This document shows positions 25,901 to 38,760 of a stretch of DNA of 64,000 nucleotides, in pieces. The notes beneath the pieces were generated by a model. It saw only the letters and a list, made by a program, of their open reading frames with translations, had not been told where the DNA came from and ran no database searches. Each line of letters starts with the position of its first letter. Position 1 is the stretch's first letter. The DNA comes from Camelus dromedarius (taxonomy: Eukaryota). The translations under genes and the position numbers were made by a program. The DNA is taken from assembly GCF_036321535.1 (NCBI RefSeq), contig NC_087443.1, positions 30,876,001 through 30,940,000 on the forward strand. Direction: 5' to 3'.

Positions 25901-28900
25901 TAGAAAACTAAGACACTAAGGGTGTAAGTGGCAGATGAACCTAGACCTGGAACCCAGATCTGATTCATAGTCCAATGTACTTTACTTTTTAATTGTGAAA
26001 TACAACATAAATAGAAAAAAAATACGTAAGACATATATATACTGCTGAATAATTATAATACAAACACCCATGTAACCAAAAAGCAAGTCAAGAAATAGAA
26101 TACTTTGGAACCCAAAGGCCCTGTATGCCTCTCCTCCATCATAGCCCTCTCCCTTCTCCCAAAGATACCTACTTTCCTAACTTCCTAATAATTGCTCCCT
26201 TGTCTTTAAAACAATATAATTCAATTGTGTCATTTTTTAAACTTTTGTAAACAGAATCACATCATACATACTTTGAGTTTTGCTTCTTTTGTTCAACTGT
26301 ATGTCTAAGAAATTCATCTGTACTGTTGCATTTATCATTCCCTTTCATCACTAAATGTTATTCCACTAAACAAATACAACATGATTTACCTAGGCATTTT
26401 ACTATGGATAGAGTTTGGGGTTTTCTGATTTTTTGATATTATACATAATGTTGCTATGTTCACTCATATACTTAACTTGTTTACACATACATGAGTTTTT
26501 CTAAGGCATACAACTATGAGTGAAATTACTGAATTATATGATATGCATATCTTTAACTTTAATAGATAATTTCAAGTTATTATCCCATAGTAGTTGTACT
26601 AATTTGCATCGCACCACCAGTGGATAAGAGTTCCTGATACTCCACATGCTTAGCAATATTTAGTACTGCTAGACTTTTGAGTTTTGCCAATCTTATAGAT
26701 ACACAGGAGAAACTTGCGGTTTTTAGATTTTACTATTTTCTTTACTTATGAGGTTGAACAGCTTTTTAATATGTTCTTTGGCCATTAATATCTCTTCTTT
26801 TATAAAATGCCTATTCTAGTTTTTATCCATTATTTTTTCAACTGAATTGACTTTTTCTTACTGATTAGTAGGAGTTCTTTATGTATTCTAGATATTATTT
26901 TATGTGTTTATATCTACTTTATGTGTAAATATCTTTTTTCCATTCTGGAACTTATCTTTTCAATGTACTTTCCATTCATTGTCTCTTTGATCATTCCCAT
27001 CAGTACAAAAACATACAAACATCTAAAAAATAACAACTATTAGTGGAAACAACCCAAATGTCCATCAACAGATAAATGAATAAACAAAATGTGGTATTAT
27101 ATGCATACAGTGAAATACTGTGATAAAAAGAATGAAATACTGATACATGCTACAACATAGATGAACAGTGAAAACATTATGCTAAGTCAAAGAACTCAGT
27201 TACAAAATATCATATAGTATACGATTCCATTCATATGAAAATCTAGGATAGGGAAATCTATAGAGACAGAAAGTAGATTAGTGGTTGCTTAGGATTTGGG
27301 TAGTGAGGGATTAAAGGAAAAGCTAAATAGGGATAGCAACTCAGATAAAGGATAGGATGTTTCTTTCTGAGGTGATGAAAATGTTCTAAAACTGACTGCA
27401 GTGATAGTTGCACATACCTGTGAATATACTAAAAACCATTACATTGTACACTTTAAAGGGGAGAATTGCATGGTATGTGAAATATATCTAAGTGAAATAA
27501 TTTAAAAAATACAATCAAATAAAATTCCCCCAAACCTCACATCCTCCTCAAGCTTTTGGTCCTCTTTCAGCCAAACACTACAAAAGAATTGGTCCATACT
27601 CTGTCTCTACCACTCTACTTCTTTAGTTACTATTCTCCACTTTTTAAAGATCTTTCATTCTAAGTTCATTTTCCTTTTTTTCCTTAGTCTATCCCTTAGT
27701 AGTGTTCTCAACCAGGGTCTACTCATGGTAAATTCTCAGTCTTTGTCTGAAAATGTCTCTATTTACCCTCTCTCTTAGCTATGTACATAATTCTATGCTG
27801 ACAATTACATGCCCTTAATGCTTTCAAGTACTAGTCTACTATCTGCTCTCCTCTAACAGCCACTATTTACTCTAATCAATATTTTTTTTCCACTGAGAAA
27901 CTCTTGTCACCTGTGTTGAGAGAGGGTGGTTGTTTCGCATTTGATCTGGAAGGTACTCTAATGATATTGCCACCCAAGATCAAATTTTTTTTAAAAAGCT
28001 TTAAGATATAATTTCCATATCATTAAATTCACTCCTTTTAAGTGTACAATTCAACAATTTTTGGTAAATTTATAGAGTTGTGCAACCATCACCAGAATCC
28101 AATTTTAGAACACTTTCACTTCCCCCAAAAGACCCCTGGTGTCCATGTGCAGTCCCAAGACCTTTTTTCCTCACTTAATTCACAGCCAGCCTGGGAGAAA
28201 AAGGACTACTTATTATCTCCCTCTGCCAGTGTATAAATTTTTTTTTTCTAGTCTACCTGTTCAGTGAAGATGTAGCCCAGGTCCAGACTTCATAAACAAG
28301 GTCTCAGTTCCAAACCTCGACTCAGAAAAGCCCAAGGTACCTGCTTAAACTTAAGTTCCCAGGTTTTCAGTATGGTAATTTCCACCTTCTCCACAGGCAG
28401 CCCTAGTGTCAATTTACCACTCTTGATTTTAAGTTCCCACTTGGTCTCTGACACTTGAGGATTTCACTTTCTTTTTAGTTTTTAAAGCTTGATGATGCAT
28501 TTGAGAAAAAAAAAGTTTCTATTTCCTCTGTCTGTTCTAGATGTTTGTGGCAGAAGCGTTTTTAGGTTATATTAACTTACCTCCCAGCGGAAACTCTTTG
28601 ACCTACTCCAGCTAGACAGCTGCCTTCCTATTTCCACTGAAACTACATATGTCAATAATGCTGAACCTCACCAAACCCAACGGCCAATTCTCAGTCCACA
28701 TCTCACCTTGCAGCAGCAAATGACACAACTGATTACTCTCCTGACTTCCTAAAATACTTTCTTCACCTAGTTTCCTCATGCTACTCTCCCCTGGCTAATC
28801 TCCTACCTGTTCTTTCTTATTGTCTTTTGATGGCTCCTCCTCTGACCTCCTTTTAAATGTTGGTAAGTTCTCCAAGGGTTAGTCCTTAATTCTACTGTTT

Positions 28901-31900
28901 ACTCTCAATGCACACTTTCTAAGTGATTTAATCTAATTCCATAGCTTTAAATAATGTCTGTATATCAAAGACTCTCGAATTTACATCTCCAGTCCTGATA
29001 TCATTCCTTAGCTACAGCTCTGTATCTACAACGGCCTACTCAACATCTCTGTTTGTTACCTAGTAGCTTTCTTAAACCTATAACATACAAAATAAAACCC
29101 TTCATTTCACCCCCAAAATCTTCTCAAATATTCCTCACTTGAGTGAATAGCACTACTATTTACCTAGTTGCTTGGTCAACACGTTAAGCGACATCAAGAA
29201 TTCCTCTTTCTCTCTTAACTCACATCCAATCCTACTGACTCTACCTTCAAAATATACCCCAGATCTGACTTTCTTACCACCTCTACCACTACCATCCTAA
29301 ACCAAGTCAAGACCTTCTCTTACCTGAACTACTGCAATGTCCTCCTCACAGGATTCCCTACTTCTACTCTTGCATCCAGCAAAGTGACCTCTTTTTAAAA
29401 TAAATATATTTGTTTTAATTTTTAGAGAATGGAAAGAACACATGAAAAATTTTTTAAAAGTAATGTTTCTAGTAATCACATTTATGATAGTATTAGTATT
29501 GTTATACTGAGACCAGTGTGTATAGTGAGGGATAAAATAAATGAGAAATTGTGGCATATCCTAATATTCTAATTCCATCATCCCCATAGCCTTGAGAACC
29601 AAGACACTTGGTGTAGAAGAAAAGAGATGCAGTTACAATGAAGAGGTTAAGTAAGGGCTCTGTAGTCCTGATTTTGAATTGGAAGTACATATTTAAACTA
29701 ATGAGGTATTTTATCTTTAATATATGCAGATATGTATTTCTTAGTTATGTCCACTGAAGAGGCCTAGGAAGTCACCAATCAGGTAGCAATGAACATTCCT
29801 AGTGCCCAATTATAGTTACAAAATGTCACTTCTCACCAACAAAATAAATAATTTCTTGGAAAAATGGCTAATTCCTGTTCTGGAACATAAAACGTGTAAG
29901 ATAACCCTGGAACATCTCATCACACCTAAAGATTACTAGGGTCATGTCAAAAGTATTCAGGAGTCAACTTGAAGAGGCTCCCATGGGTCAAAGACAGGAC
30001 ACTTTAGACTTCAGTAATGATGATAACTGCAGTGGATCAAAACCCAGCAAATATGTTTAAATCTATGAATTTGCAATAATATTAAAAATAAGAGTTGGTC
30101 ACCTTGTAGATGGCAGAGGACCAATTCATTCCCCTGTAAACTAGTAAATACAGGTAAAGAATCAAGCATTTACTCTCCATGAATTGCACAACTGTTAACC
30201 AAATAAAAGATGACAAGAACTGTCTAAGATGGTATTCAAACGAATGGGGAAAAAAAAGAATTAGAGTATCACCATTTTGTAACCCAACAAATTAATATAT
30301 GTACACATTAAACATCAACAACTAACATCACAAAGAGAGAGAAATCATGATATTATGTGCCTTCAAAGTCTTACCCCAGTCGCTGGGTCTAGCTGCCAAT
30401 TTGCAGGAAATACAGAGGAAAAAGGAAAATATTGAACTGAACATGAATATGCAACCAGATAATCCAGGCTGTGGGAAACTCTTCTGGTCAATTAGCTTGG
30501 GCTCCTCAACAGATAAACAGTGAGAAAAAGAAACAGATAAAAAGGAAATCTGTAGACTTAAGTACACATTGAGTTTTTGGGGTTTTTTTAATTGGCAAAA
30601 CTAAACTGTGGTGTCTAGGGATGTACCTTTGGATGTAAACTATTTAAAAAAAAAAAGAAAGTGGCCACTATAAAAGTTAGGATAACGGTTACTTATGGGG
30701 GGAGGGAGAGAGTGACGACTGAACTGGAAGATGCGAAAGGGGCTTTTGGAGTGTTTGGCAGAGTTCTATTTCCTGATCTGGGTTGCAGTAACAAGGGGAT
30801 TGATTTTATAATAATGTACTAAGCCATACCTTTGTTTTGTATGGGTTTTTGGTATTTGTTTTATATTACAGTGAAAAAAATCCATCATATAAATGAACAA
30901 ACAGGGAACATATTATCTCTAGCTTAAAACTCTCCAATGGCTTCTCACTGTAAGTAAAATCAAATTTAAACTTCTAACTATGGCTTAGAAAACACTACAT
31001 ATGGCTCCTGTCTATGTTCCTACCTTATCTCCCCCACTCTCCACTCTGCTTTAAGCCACACTTGCTCTTCTTCACATCCACCAGACTAATATCTCCCCCG
31101 GGGCCTGTACACCATCGTTCTATCTAAGACACTCATCTCCCAGATCTTTGGATAGCTCCCTTCACCATTTCACTGAGGTTTCAAGTATCACTTCAGAGAA
31201 GGTTTCCTTGATCAATGTATTTAAAACAGCTCCCTACCTCCTCACCAGTCATTCTCTATATCCTTACTCTGTTCTCCTTTCTTACTTATATTTGTCTACT
31301 TGTTATCTTCTGGGTTCTCCACTAGACTATACACTACTTGAGGGCAGAGACATGGTCTGTTTGATACTGCTTTATCTCCAACCTCCATAACAACATCCAA
31401 TACATTAATAGTACAAAATAAATATTTTTAAGTGGATTAATGAATTCCCTGTACTGCTTCTCAGAGTTTTCCAACACATAGGGTTAAGGAGAGATTCCGA
31501 GGCTTTCTCCACACTTACATTCAGTGCCAAAAATGTACATTCTGGACAGCCAATAAGAATGTCAGAAAGTGACTTTTCACACCCTACCCATAGTTATACT
31601 TTATTCTTTGTTTACCAAAAAACGAACAGCACTCCAACAGAGATGACAGCCCTCCTTTAATGGACTTCCACGCAAAGACAGGTTTATCAGGTCATGCACC
31701 ACCACAGTTTTCATCTATTATGTAGTTTTCCTTTGAGTATCTTTCCTTTCATAACTGGTCACATCCAAACTTAACTAATAAGTCCTACTAAGTGCCTGAT
31801 CTAGAGGAAAAGGGGAAGTCAGAAGAGACACAAAATAATCCTGAAGTCCCTTCTTCCTGTTTCCCCCTTAGGATATGCTCATTAGGACCACAGCAATTAT

Positions 31901-34457
31901 TGAGGATATATGTCTAATCAAGGAAAAAACTCAAGTTCACAGAAATAGAAAGAATATGCAAAAGAACCCAGGTACTTAGATGGGTCAATAATCCACAGAG
32001 TGGACACCAGCAGCAATTGTAACCTGGAAAAATGAAAACAAAATACAAAAAGGTGAGGGGAAGAGGAAAAGGTATCTAAGAGAAAAGCAAAGAAAACAAC
32101 AAACGAATAGAAGGAAGGAAGGGAGGGAGGGAGGGAAATAGACCTCATACATTCCTAATCCTTCCAGTTTCATCAGACCAATTTTAGATTGACCCAAGTA
32201 CATACCTCTGCATCTGAACAGTGGAGCTTGGCCCATTCTGTACATCTCCTTGGCCAAACTGGCCATATGCAGCCTGGCCACCAGGGGCTTGTGCTGTCGA
32301 GGCTGGAGGTGCCCCTGAAGAAGGTGGGGCTCTTGACATACCTGAGGGTAAAGGACAGAAACTAAGCGATTGGACAGTAACTGTCTCCTCCACCCTGAGC
32401 AAGGAATGCAAAGCAAGGATCAATAAGTTCAGACCTTCACTGCAGTATCACAGGCACATTATCACAGTTTGGTAATGAAAAGAACACTATCAACATGCAG
32501 CTCCAGCTCCAGCCAATTCTGAACATGAATGTCCAGCCAGAGAGCCTCCACTCTCCCAGACAGGTGTATTACAGGTGAAGCTGTAGCCAGAGCCACAAAA
32601 ATGTAAGGCATTCCTGTGATCACCATACACTCTCACTCCTTCCAGGATAGTCTAATGTTCTTACCGTAGACAAAAAGTCAACTCTTTTGAGAAAAAAATC
32701 CCACTCCAGGAGTCAGAAGCTTTGGGCAGAAGTGAGAAAGATGGCACAGAAGATAGCACACTAAACTAGGCTGCAAAGAAAGGCACCTCTTGGGGAGGCA
32801 ATTCTGCTAACCTCATCTTCATATATTCTACTTATCCTAACCATCTTCTTTTCATCCACTTCTAAGTGCTGACACTCCCAGTAGCACATGGCTCAGGAAA
32901 GTGTTCCCATGGGCTGGAGACTTTGTTTCTGCCCAATAGTTCAGTCAGGACAGTTCACCTGCCCTCCAACCACTGCTGCCGCCTGTGTCTTCAAAAAAGC
33001 TGTACTGCATCCTTCCCACTCATCAGAGCTGCCAACAAAACTACTTCTACTACCCCCAACCATCCTTCCAACATGAAATTCAGGAAGACAGAAATCAGTT
33101 TCTGGGCACATCACTTTGGAAACGCTGCTGACCCCTGTTCAAACAATTGTTTTTCTTTTGCTCTGTCCTCAATTGGCATTACAACACTATAGAACCTGCC
33201 TGCAGGAATATGATTAATCTGAACCTGCTCACTAGCCATCAGAAAACCAGATACGTTTTCCTGTCAGTAACAAAGCTTCCTCTGAGGCAATGCCAAACTC
33301 CATTTTGATAAGCCAGGACTTGACAGATCAGAGGTGGACTCTGTCCAGTCAAAGTCCCAACCCAGAGTAAGGCTCTTCCAAAGCCCTGAGACCTAATCTC
33401 ATCACTTCATAATTTTTCCTTCAAAGTCATAATTAAAACAGTAGTAACTTCATTCATTTCTCAAATCTTACCTATACCTCCTTGGGGCCTTTTTTCCCCC
33501 ATATCCCTTTATGGAATTTACTCTTTTAATACGTTTGGCATACCCTGTCTTCAGATAGCCTAATCAAAGATCTACTGTCAATCATTTTTTACAAAACCCC
33601 TATGAGTCAATCTGCAGATTACTAGCTGCTGTTCTTGAAAAAGTAACATAAAAGCCAAACACTAATCCTAAGGCAGCACCAGATCAGTCTCCTCTTATTT
33701 CCTTGATATTAGAGAACATCTAAGAAGCAGAGGAAACTCAAAGGAAAAGGAATGGTATCAACAAAAAGATATGAGAGGCACCAAAAATCAGACACACAAA
33801 ATCACATTTTTCATCAATGAACTAGTTCCCCATGTCCTAGAGTCAATTACAGATAGACCCATGAGTCCAATGAGAGGCATTATCAATATACATGAGGAAC
33901 AAGTGATTCCAGACAAACTTTAGGTAAAGAAATAGTGAATCTTGGTCACTGGCTCTGGAGGAGCTGTGACCACAACCCTTACAACCAGCTGTGAACAATG
34001 CAGCTAGGGAGGCGGCACAGGGTGACACCCATGGAAGGTGAACTGCCATTGAACCTGGAAGATGTGCTCTCACTAGATTCTTAAGGCAGAAATACAGTCA
34101 CCTTATATAAAAACAGGGAAGGGGAGACCGCCCACAGGGCACTCAGTGACCGAAAACCAGATTCAACTGGGATTGAGGAAAATTCCAATTACCACAACTC
34201 TCTAGGCAGCTTAGATGGGGCAATACAACCCAATCTGAAGACTACTAAGTCCCCTCCTTAGCTCAAAGGAAGCTTGGAAACATACCCGGGGGAGGGGTTT
34301 GCTGATAGCCTGGTACTGGGCCATTGTAGGCTCCATAAGGAGTGGGGGCGGCTGTGGATCCTGGTTGCCCACCATAACTGGATTGATGATACCCTGGGTA
34401 GACAGGCTGGGGCTGCCCAAATGGCGGCACAGGTGGAGCTGACTGGTTAACGTTCAT
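13991..34457 (-). CDS. SEC24C: SEC24C (COPII cargo adaptor), about 1090 aa, 22 coding exons: 34286-34457, 32206-32341, 24457-24632, 23895-24248, 23455-23591, 20752-20863, 20203-20330, 18901-19039, ~18578-18693 (mostly in N-run, 3' end inferred), 18280-18404, 17930-18121, 17627-17720, 17295-17411, 16785-16955, 16204-16300, 15951-16096, 15586-15724, 15316-15434, 15039-15218, 14603-14794, 14277-14366, 13991-14131
   Basis: [18 protein letters not shown] start, Pro-rich N-terminus, [10 protein letters not shown], zinc finger [11 protein letters not shown]...CCFCSC, trunk [12 protein letters not shown], helical and gelsolin domains, and C-terminal [12 protein letters not shown]. All visible introns are GT-AG with consistent phases. 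Confidence 0.98.
16435..16660 (-). mobile_element. MIR SINE
   Basis: catttactacatgccaggtacc...attttacaaatgaagaaac...aagtaatttatcctaggtcatacagcttgtaag MIR core. Confidence 0.75.
20496..20674 (+). mobile_element. Camelid tRNA-derived SINE (Vic-1-like) with 12-bp target-site duplication
   Basis: gggagggtatagctcggtggtagagtgcatgcttagcatgcac...gggttcaattcccagcacctcc plus A-rich tail and aacctaattacctcccc. TSD gactgacaaaag at 20484-20495 and 20675-20686. Confidence 0.9.
25985..26990 (-). mobile_element. Ancient L1 (L1M-type) 3' region
   Basis: AT-rich antisense L1 3' UTR/ORF2-end motifs (tttaattgtgaaatacaacata..., tagttgtactaatttgcat..ccaccagtggataagagttcc). Confidence 0.7.
27040..27510 (+). mobile_element. 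L1MB/L1MC-type 3' end
   Basis: ggaaacaacccaaatgtccatcaacagataaatgaataaacaaaatgtgg...gagacagaaagtagattagtggttgc...ggtgatgaaaatgttctaaaactg. Confidence 0.8.
28600..31445 (+). mobile_element. L2 LINE split in two (about 28600-29400 and 30880-31445) by an inserted L1M-type 3' fragment (about 29690-30870)
   Basis: Colinear L2 motifs on both sides and an L2 terminus at ~31330-31445. The intervening sequence carries L1 3' UTR motifs (gtttttggg...ttaaggggatgtacc, gcagagttctatttcctgatctggg). Confidence 0.65.
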
Positions 34458-35899
34458 TATGAGAGCATCCCCGACTTGGTCTCACCTATTAGATGAGAGA
34501 GAAAAGAGAAGTTAGTCAAAATCAACTTACTAAAGAGAAAACATTATTCACAGTAGGAAGTAGAGATAGAAAAAGACTGACCTTATCAGGCAGTGATCAG
34601 CCTAATAATTCCCACACTACCACAGGATCTTTGTGATTTTCTGCCCCAGACAGTAGACAAATTGCCTCCTCAAAGTAAGGGTTTTGTTACTCTGAACCTC
34701 ACGCTTTGTCACTGCCAAGAGGGTATAAATTTCAACTTCAGACAGGCACACTGGAATGGAGCAGCAGCCTCCATTCCCCAGCGGTATGATTTCTAGTGTC
34801 TAGTCATACAAGGAGTTCTGCCACTGATGAACTACTGTGATATTACAGGTAAATGAAACAATGTTCCCAGTTTCTATTCATTCACTCTAGCATCCATTCA
34901 TTCCACAAAAGTGAATACTCTCTAGTGTGCTAATCATTTTTAATCACACAGACTACATATTCAAAACAAATCAGCTAAATTCCCTCCCCCTCAAAAGACA
35001 AATTTTAGACTAAGCAGGTAGAGAAATTACACTCTTTGGCTCAACTGCAGTAATTTAAACACTACTGCATCCCCAGTCTTCCCACCAAAAGGGTGTATGG
35101 ACATTAGAATTGAAGCATTAAAATCACTAAATGTAAAGGACAGCTGAAAACTCTAGCAAGGTACCAGATTAAAACTGAGTGGAGGCCTGGCATAAAAACT
35201 TCTCACAATAACCTAGGGAAACAGTTCAAGGATCAGCGGCAAAGTTAGAGCTAATGGAAAAAGGTCATTCACCTCATCCTTCAAGCAGAGGGACTATGAG
35301 TATTCCAAATCCCAGTGCACATCTCCAACTCTCCTGTTTTTGCTTTCCTTATATGCTGGTCATGAATCTAGGCCACCACCAAAATTATTACAATCTTGCT
35401 CAGCCACAGAGGAATGAACTGGAGGGCCTTTCCAGGGTCCTTCCAAGAACAGGACTATCTGAGCACATCTGCTCTACACAGCCTGATCATTCCAATTATA
35501 CTATAGACAAAAGGGGCCCAGGAAGCAGAAGTGGTCACAGCTGCTGCAGTGGAACAATGGGCCTCTCCCTTTTGCTAGGAAGGTCTATCCTGACTACAGA
35601 AAAGCTGAGCTTCTCCTGGACAAGTACTCTTTAAATTCAAAACCATCTCAGGAGCTGTTCTTTCAAATCCTAAATCTTACACAGGTCACTTACACTACTT
35701 ACACAATCTTACACTATGCTTGAGAGATGTCCTTTTCCCCTTTATTTTCCTAAAGTCAGTGTGGGGGTGGGGTGGGGGAGGGAAGGAGCTTCTTCTTGAG
35801 GTAAATAATCTCCTCAAACACACCCAAGAGTTTGGAATCAGGCTCAAGTCTCGACTCCATTCTGGGTGGACAGTCAAGGGTGACAACCCAGGGGGCGGG

Positions 35900-36760
35900 G
35901 CAAGCGTCCTAGAACTCTGAAAGTAGTCGAGCTGTGGAGGCTGGGAGCGCCCGGGATCAAGACCGAGAAGCCAAGCTAGCTCCTCGGGCCACGATGAGAG
36001 AGAGCTGATCCACTACGCAGAATATCGAGCATCTTGCGCCCTTCAGCTGGCTCGAGGCAGGAAGCAGGAGCCGGAATCTGGGCCGGGAGGAAAGAAGGGA
36101 GGGTCTAGGACTGAACCTGGATTGTGGATGCATGAGGTAAGGGTCTCTCCCTGCGACCCGCCCCCGGGGTCCTCCCTTCCTACTCAGACTGGACCCCAAT
36201 CGGGCCAGTGATACCCCGACTTCTCCTCTGCTTTCCTACCCACAAACCTCCCGATGTCACTCCTCACCCGGCTCCAGATCCAGGTTCGACTTCGTTCCTA
36301 GCGTCAACGATCCAGGCTCCACTTCCGGTTCCGAGGGGGCCGGCGCGTCGCCCCCGGAAGTTCCTCCCCCACGCTCCAGAGCCACTCCTTCTGCCACGTC
36401 TGCAGTAGGGACACGCTGAGGAAACTGGGTGCCGCGCATGCGCTATTTTTCTCACCCATTATGGCCGCCCCCGGGAGGCTCTGTAGGTTCTTATGCATTT
36501 CCGCTTTTTTTTTCCCCAGATGTCCCAGTAACGTTGTGGTCCCATCAGCTGAGATGCGACTGAGACGCCTAGGTCACACTATCTTTGGTAACGCCCCTTC
36601 ACTCCGCCTATGACATATTAGAGATCTGATATGGAGTCTTTTAGCGACTTCCTGCTGACCCTTGGACCCATTGATTTCCGTCTTCGAGGTGGTTCTCACC
36701 CGTGACCTTTACTGGTCATGAGATTTGCGGAACGCATGATGTTAAAGGGGACTAATTCTG
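35900..36760. promoter_or_regulatory. CpG island / SEC24C promoter; ETS sites 36320-36332 and 36354-36361, NRF1 site 36434-36443
   Basis: CpG density; acttccgg, ccggaagt and gcgcatgcgc motifs. Confidence 0.8.
36268..36335 (-). other. SEC24C: SEC24C non-coding exon 1 (5' end approximate). Exon 2 begins at 34485.
   Basis: ggaagtggagcctgg...aacctggatctggagccgg|gtgagg donor at 36267. Resembles the human SEC24C leader as recalled. Confidence 0.75.
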
Positions 36761-36789
36761 TTTTCGCGCTTCGTGTGTTCAAGTTCTGG

Positions 36790-36955
36790 CTCTGCAGCTC
36801 CCTAGCTTGGGCAACTTAATCTATACCTCGGTTTCTGTCATCTGTAAAATGAAGAGAATACGAATGCCTTTCTAGTGGCTTGTTGAGAAGATGGAATTAG
36901 GTCACACAGATTGCCTGGCACCATAGTAACTGCTCAGTAAAGGTCAGCTGTTATT
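36790..36955 (+). mobile_element. MIR SINE
   Basis: ttgggcaacttaatctatacctcggtttctgtcatctgtaaaatg...cctggcaccatagtaactgctcagtaaagg. Confidence 0.7.
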
Positions 36956-37796
36956 AGTTAACCATTTTTATACAAAGCCTTTGTTTAGATGCAGAGCTCT
37001 GCCAGAGCCTGATGATCTCTGCTCTCTGAATGTCCCCAGTCTGTTGGAAAAGCCACAGTCCCTGGAGTAATTATTACCCCATTTAATGAATAACAATAAT
37101 TGTAGAGACTATTTGTAGAATTTTAAAAAATATGCATAAGCCCCACTTAATCTTTTCAATATTTTTTTAATTTAATAATTATTTTTTAAGCACTACTGTG
37201 TAGCAAGCCATATTCCTGGTTCTGGGAATACAGTAGTGAACAAAAGAAAAGTTTTTGGCCAATTTAAATAACCGATTGTTTTGCAATTATTTACACAAAT
37301 GGTAAAGCTATAAAGAAAAACAAAGTAACAAAATTCAGGCTGTTGGTTACAGGGCAGGGTCGGGAGTATAATTGGGAGGAATGTACTCGAGCTTCAATAT
37401 TAACTTCTATTTTTTAATATTCACACTATTCACATGGATTTGCATGGATATTCACTGTTATTTTCAAGTAGTTCATATGTATTATGTACAAGTTGCTTCA
37501 AAATGAAATTTTTTTTTAGAGAAATGGGCAAAAAGCACTGGTGGATAGGAAGCATCAGATTGGTTAATCCTTCATTTCAAAGGAAAAAAATTATTAAATG
37601 GAGAATTTTATGACTCACAGGGGGGGAGTTCTTACTCTCATATTGTTCACAGTCAATATTAGTTATTCTGAGGCACAAGTGGTTCATTCATTGAAAAAAA
37701 TGCACTTCTAGTCTGTGCTAAAAACTATATTAGGCATTGAGCATGTTTTAGTAAATAGACAAATTGTCCTTGTCCTCAGGTGTTTGTAGTGGAGGT

Positions 37797-37982
37797 CAAT
37801 GTTTCTCAAACTGTGATCCTGGGATCAGCAGTATTATGATCACCTGAGAACCTGTTAGAACTACAAATTTCAGACCCACCTTAGACATATAAAGTCAGAA
37901 GTTCTGGAGGTGGGACCCAGCAAGCTATGGTTTAATAGGCCCTCCAGATAATTCCATTGCATGCTGAAGATTGAGACTCATT
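37797..37982 (+). mobile_element. MER5A hAT-Charlie MITE
   Basis: tttctcaaactgtgatcctgggatcagcag...ctgttagaactacaaatttc...gggacccagcaagctatggtttaataggccctccag...ttgaga. Confidence 0.8.
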
Positions 37983-38204
37983 ACTCTAGATTAGTAATTT
38001 GCCAAATTCAGCTAATATTTGTTGAGCAGCTGCCTTAGGCTAGGCCCTCTGCTAAGCACTTTCACATAATTTATCCCATTTAACTCATATCAGCACAGGA
38101 AACTGGGTATCCTCTGTCTTCCTTAAGGTTGCACTCCTAGTAAGTGGTAGAGTTCCGATTCACAGTTCCTTTAGAGACTGATATGTTGCATTTTATTGGT
38201 TTCT

Positions 38205-38455
38205 ATATCCCTACTCTGATTCTCAATCTGGGCTGCACATTAGAATTTTTTGCAGTGCTTTTTAAAATGGCAATATCAGCTACTAGGCCAGTAAAATCAG
38301 AATCCCTAAGGCTGAGGGGCCTGAGAATGTGTGTGTGTGTATATATATATATATATAATTTCATTACACATCTTCTAATCCTATACACAGTTTTATTTTA
38401 GGGAACTGGTAGCTGCAAAAGTTTTCCAGGTAATTCCAATGTGGACTCAGAGTTA
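38205..38455 (+). mobile_element. MER5B-like MITE interrupted by a (TG)n(TA)n microsatellite (~38328-38358)
   Basis: ttctcaatctgggctgcacattagaat...aatcagaatccctaaggctgagggg...ttttccaggtaattccaatgtggac. Confidence 0.6.
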
Positions 38456-38619
38456 ATTGAAAGCCACTGATAAAACACAATGGCTTACCTGTAGCTAGCA
38501 CTCGGTAGATGTTTGAATAGGAAAGGAATGGACATTTAGATACTGTGTGTACTGATGAGGTCAAGTAACTGCCCATGGTGACACAGCTAATAAATGACAG
38601 AGTAAGAATACAAGTCCAA

Positions 38620-38760
38620 GGTGGAGCATATAGCTCAGTGGTAGACTGTGTGCCTAGCATGCATGAGGCCCTGGGTTCAATCCCCAGTACCTCCATTTAA
38701 AATAATAAATGAATGAATAAATAAACAAACCTGATTACTTCCCCCTATGGGAAAAAAACA
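38620..38760 (+). mobile_element. Camelid tRNA-derived SINE nested in a MIR
   Basis: gtggagcatatagctcagtggtagactgtgtgcctagcatgcatgaggccctgggttcaatccccagtacctcc plus tail; MIR core sequence continues on both sides. Confidence 0.88.

Noticed and set aside
25985-27510. Divergent L1 pair as a single twin-primed (5'-inverted) insertion
   Set aside because: Both pieces cover the same L1 3' region and look like different subfamilies, so they are independent insertions.
35825-36115. Possible second non-coding SEC24C exon
   Set aside because: It is CpG-rich and plausible, but neither boundary can be fixed from sequence alone.
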